NCBI RefSeq assembly: GCF_004010195.1
Contig: NC_057719.1
Location: 33,903,981-33,967,980 of the forward strand
Origin: Chiloscyllium plagiosum
Taxonomy: Eukaryota
Direction of reading: 5' to 3'
Length of the DNA: 64,000 nucleotides
How positions within the stretch are numbered: position 1 is the stretch's first letter; every line of letters begins with the position of its first letter. Shown in pieces: positions 62,300 through 64,000 of this stretch. The notes under the pieces were generated by a model. That model was not told the DNA's origin. It saw only the letters and a list, made by a program, of their open reading frames with translations, and ran no database searches. A program made the translations under genes and the position numbers.

Positions 62300-63720
62300 G
62301 AAAATCTTTTGAGGTTTAGTAACTCATCCTGATCTGGTGATCACATAGCTGTCCGGAGAGGTGGACGTTGTCCCCTGTTGCATTTGTTTGACTACTTGGT
62401 TGTTGCGCTACTGGTTGCTGTCATTCCACATCACACATACATCATTGTCAGAATGTTCTTTCCCATTCTCTTCATGCATGACTGATTTGCTGTATATTAA
62501 TCAAAGCTGGCTTCTGTTCCTTTTCAAGGGTGCACTATGATCAGTAGCCACTTCTTATGATCTGGTCTGGCTGCGTATGCGAGAAATATTTGCTGGCATG
62601 CCCAAGTTACTAACTTTGTATTACTAACTTGCGCACTCCGTCCCATGAGTACTTGTCATAAAATAAGGCAAAGCATTGTGGATGCTGGAGATCTGAAACA
62701 ACAACAGAAGTTGCTGGAGAGGCTCAGCAGAGTTAATGTTTCATGTCCATTTACTCTTCTGATGAAATCTTAACCCAGCTTTCTTCTCAAAGATGCGGCC
62801 AGACCTGCACAGTTTCTGTAGCAATCTTTGATTTTTTAATTAATTGTGGTATCCACTTTTTTTTAATCTCTTTCATTCTCCTCTGTCTTGGAAGAATGTC
62901 CCACTAGAAATTGCTAGACAAGGCTGTTCTCATTTACTTTCCAAGCATAAGTTGTGTTGGGGATGATTCTCCCTTCCCCATTGGTTTTGCACAAAATGCA
63001 GCAATGCAACTTGAAAATCTTGTTTTGTTGCATGACGCATTATTATACTTGATTTGAAAATACATGCCATACGCTCTGCTGGATCATTTCAGCTTATATA
63101 GTGGGATGAAGATGATATAATATGGATCTATCCGTACTCCATAATGTCATGAAATGGTTGCCAGGAATCAGCAGTCCATTGTTAGACACTATAACTATTC
63201 CAGGATACTGAATAAACTAAAATAGTGCTGATTGTGCCAGTAATGGTTGTGTTCACTTTGTTTAACAATGCAAAATTATACAACATAATCTATCACAACG
63301 TTGTCATTTTTGATGCACTATGAATAATTTTGGTTTCACTCAAGTCCAAACGGTGTTGTCGTAGAGGCTTCCTTCATTGCTGGAACAGATACATTTTGGC
63401 ACACTTCATGTCTATATTAACAACTTGTTGAATATCCTGATACATCCCTGACCTATACTCAGGCATATGCTTACCATTGTGTGTTCAAGCCCTGTATGCA
63501 CCTCGTGCAATATGGATTTGCTATCTTACAAAATGCCTTTGGAATTCAGACTTATTTGCCCTTGAAACAAACTTGTCATGAAAGATCACAAGTTCATGTC
63601 TGGATGGACAAAATGAACAAATGTTTTCAGGTATTCTTTAATACTGTCAGGCTATTCCTGGATAATGATTTTTTAAATAGATCTTACAGTTGCTTATCTT
63701 CAGCAGTGTTCAAATTGGCT
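62300..63720 (-). pseudogene. Gypsy/Ty3 integrase fossil
   Basis: Minus strand in order: ILHEVHTGLE, SGMYQDIQQVV, EVCQ (HHCC region), IVSNNG, SSSHY.S*NDPAERM (cf. SSPHYPQSNGLAER), VLMGR, PDSYVI. Confidence 0.75.
62665..62835. mobile_element. Old palindromic family D element inside the Gypsy fossil
   Basis: GGATGCTGGAGATCTGAAAC..GTTGCTGGAGA left arm; CTGATGAAA centre; GATGCGGCCAGACCTGC..TTTCTGTAGCAAT right arm. Confidence 0.6.
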
Positions 63721-63736
63721 CTGGTCAAAATATAAA

Positions 63737-63941
63737 AGGAGAAAGTGAGGACTGCAAATGCTGGAGGTCAGAGCTGAAAAAATGTGTTGCTGGAAAAGTG
63801 CAGCAGGTCAGGCAGCGTCCAAGGAGCAGGAGAATCGACGACGTTTCGGGCATAAGAAGGGCTTATGCCCAAAACATCGATTCTCCAGCTCCTTGGATGC
63901 TGCCTGACCTGCTAGGCTTTTCCAGCAACACATTTTTCAGC
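63737..63941. mobile_element. Palindromic family A element
   Basis: Near-perfect inverted arms; TSD TCAAAATA(T/C)AAAAG at 63725-63738 and 63942-63955. Confidence 0.9.
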
Positions 63942-64000
63942 TCAAAATACAAAAGATCAATTTTGAGAATGAATTCAACTTCTAGTCATGAGCATCAATG

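Noticed and set aside
63830..63885. Active hammerhead at the palindrome centre
   Set aside because: The CUGA core is deleted on both strands

Overview
This is eukaryotic, repeat-dense, non-coding DNA, inferred to be from a cartilaginous fish (shark) because it carries HE1-type tRNA-derived SINEs and HER1/CR1-type LINEs. I found no intact host gene or recognisable host exon. All recognisable coding sequence is decayed transposon: many CR1 LINE fragments, an RTE LINE, a Rex1/Babar LINE, a Penelope (PLE) RT/GIY-YIG fragment, a hAT (Buster/Charlie-like) transposase fossil and a Gypsy integrase fossil. There are also three SINE families, a Tigger-like MITE, a near-perfect 34-bp minisatellite (~21 copies) and two assembly gaps. 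The most notable signal is about 20 short Penelope-related elements from four sequence families. Many carry a minimal hammerhead-ribozyme motif (CUGANGA...GAAA, palindromic helix III) whose helix sequences differ between families while still pairing. Several are fold-back palindromes with 9-14 bp target-site duplications, and their turning points or 5' ends fall at the ribozyme. Family names come from recognised motifs only, with no database search, and most coordinates are approximate.
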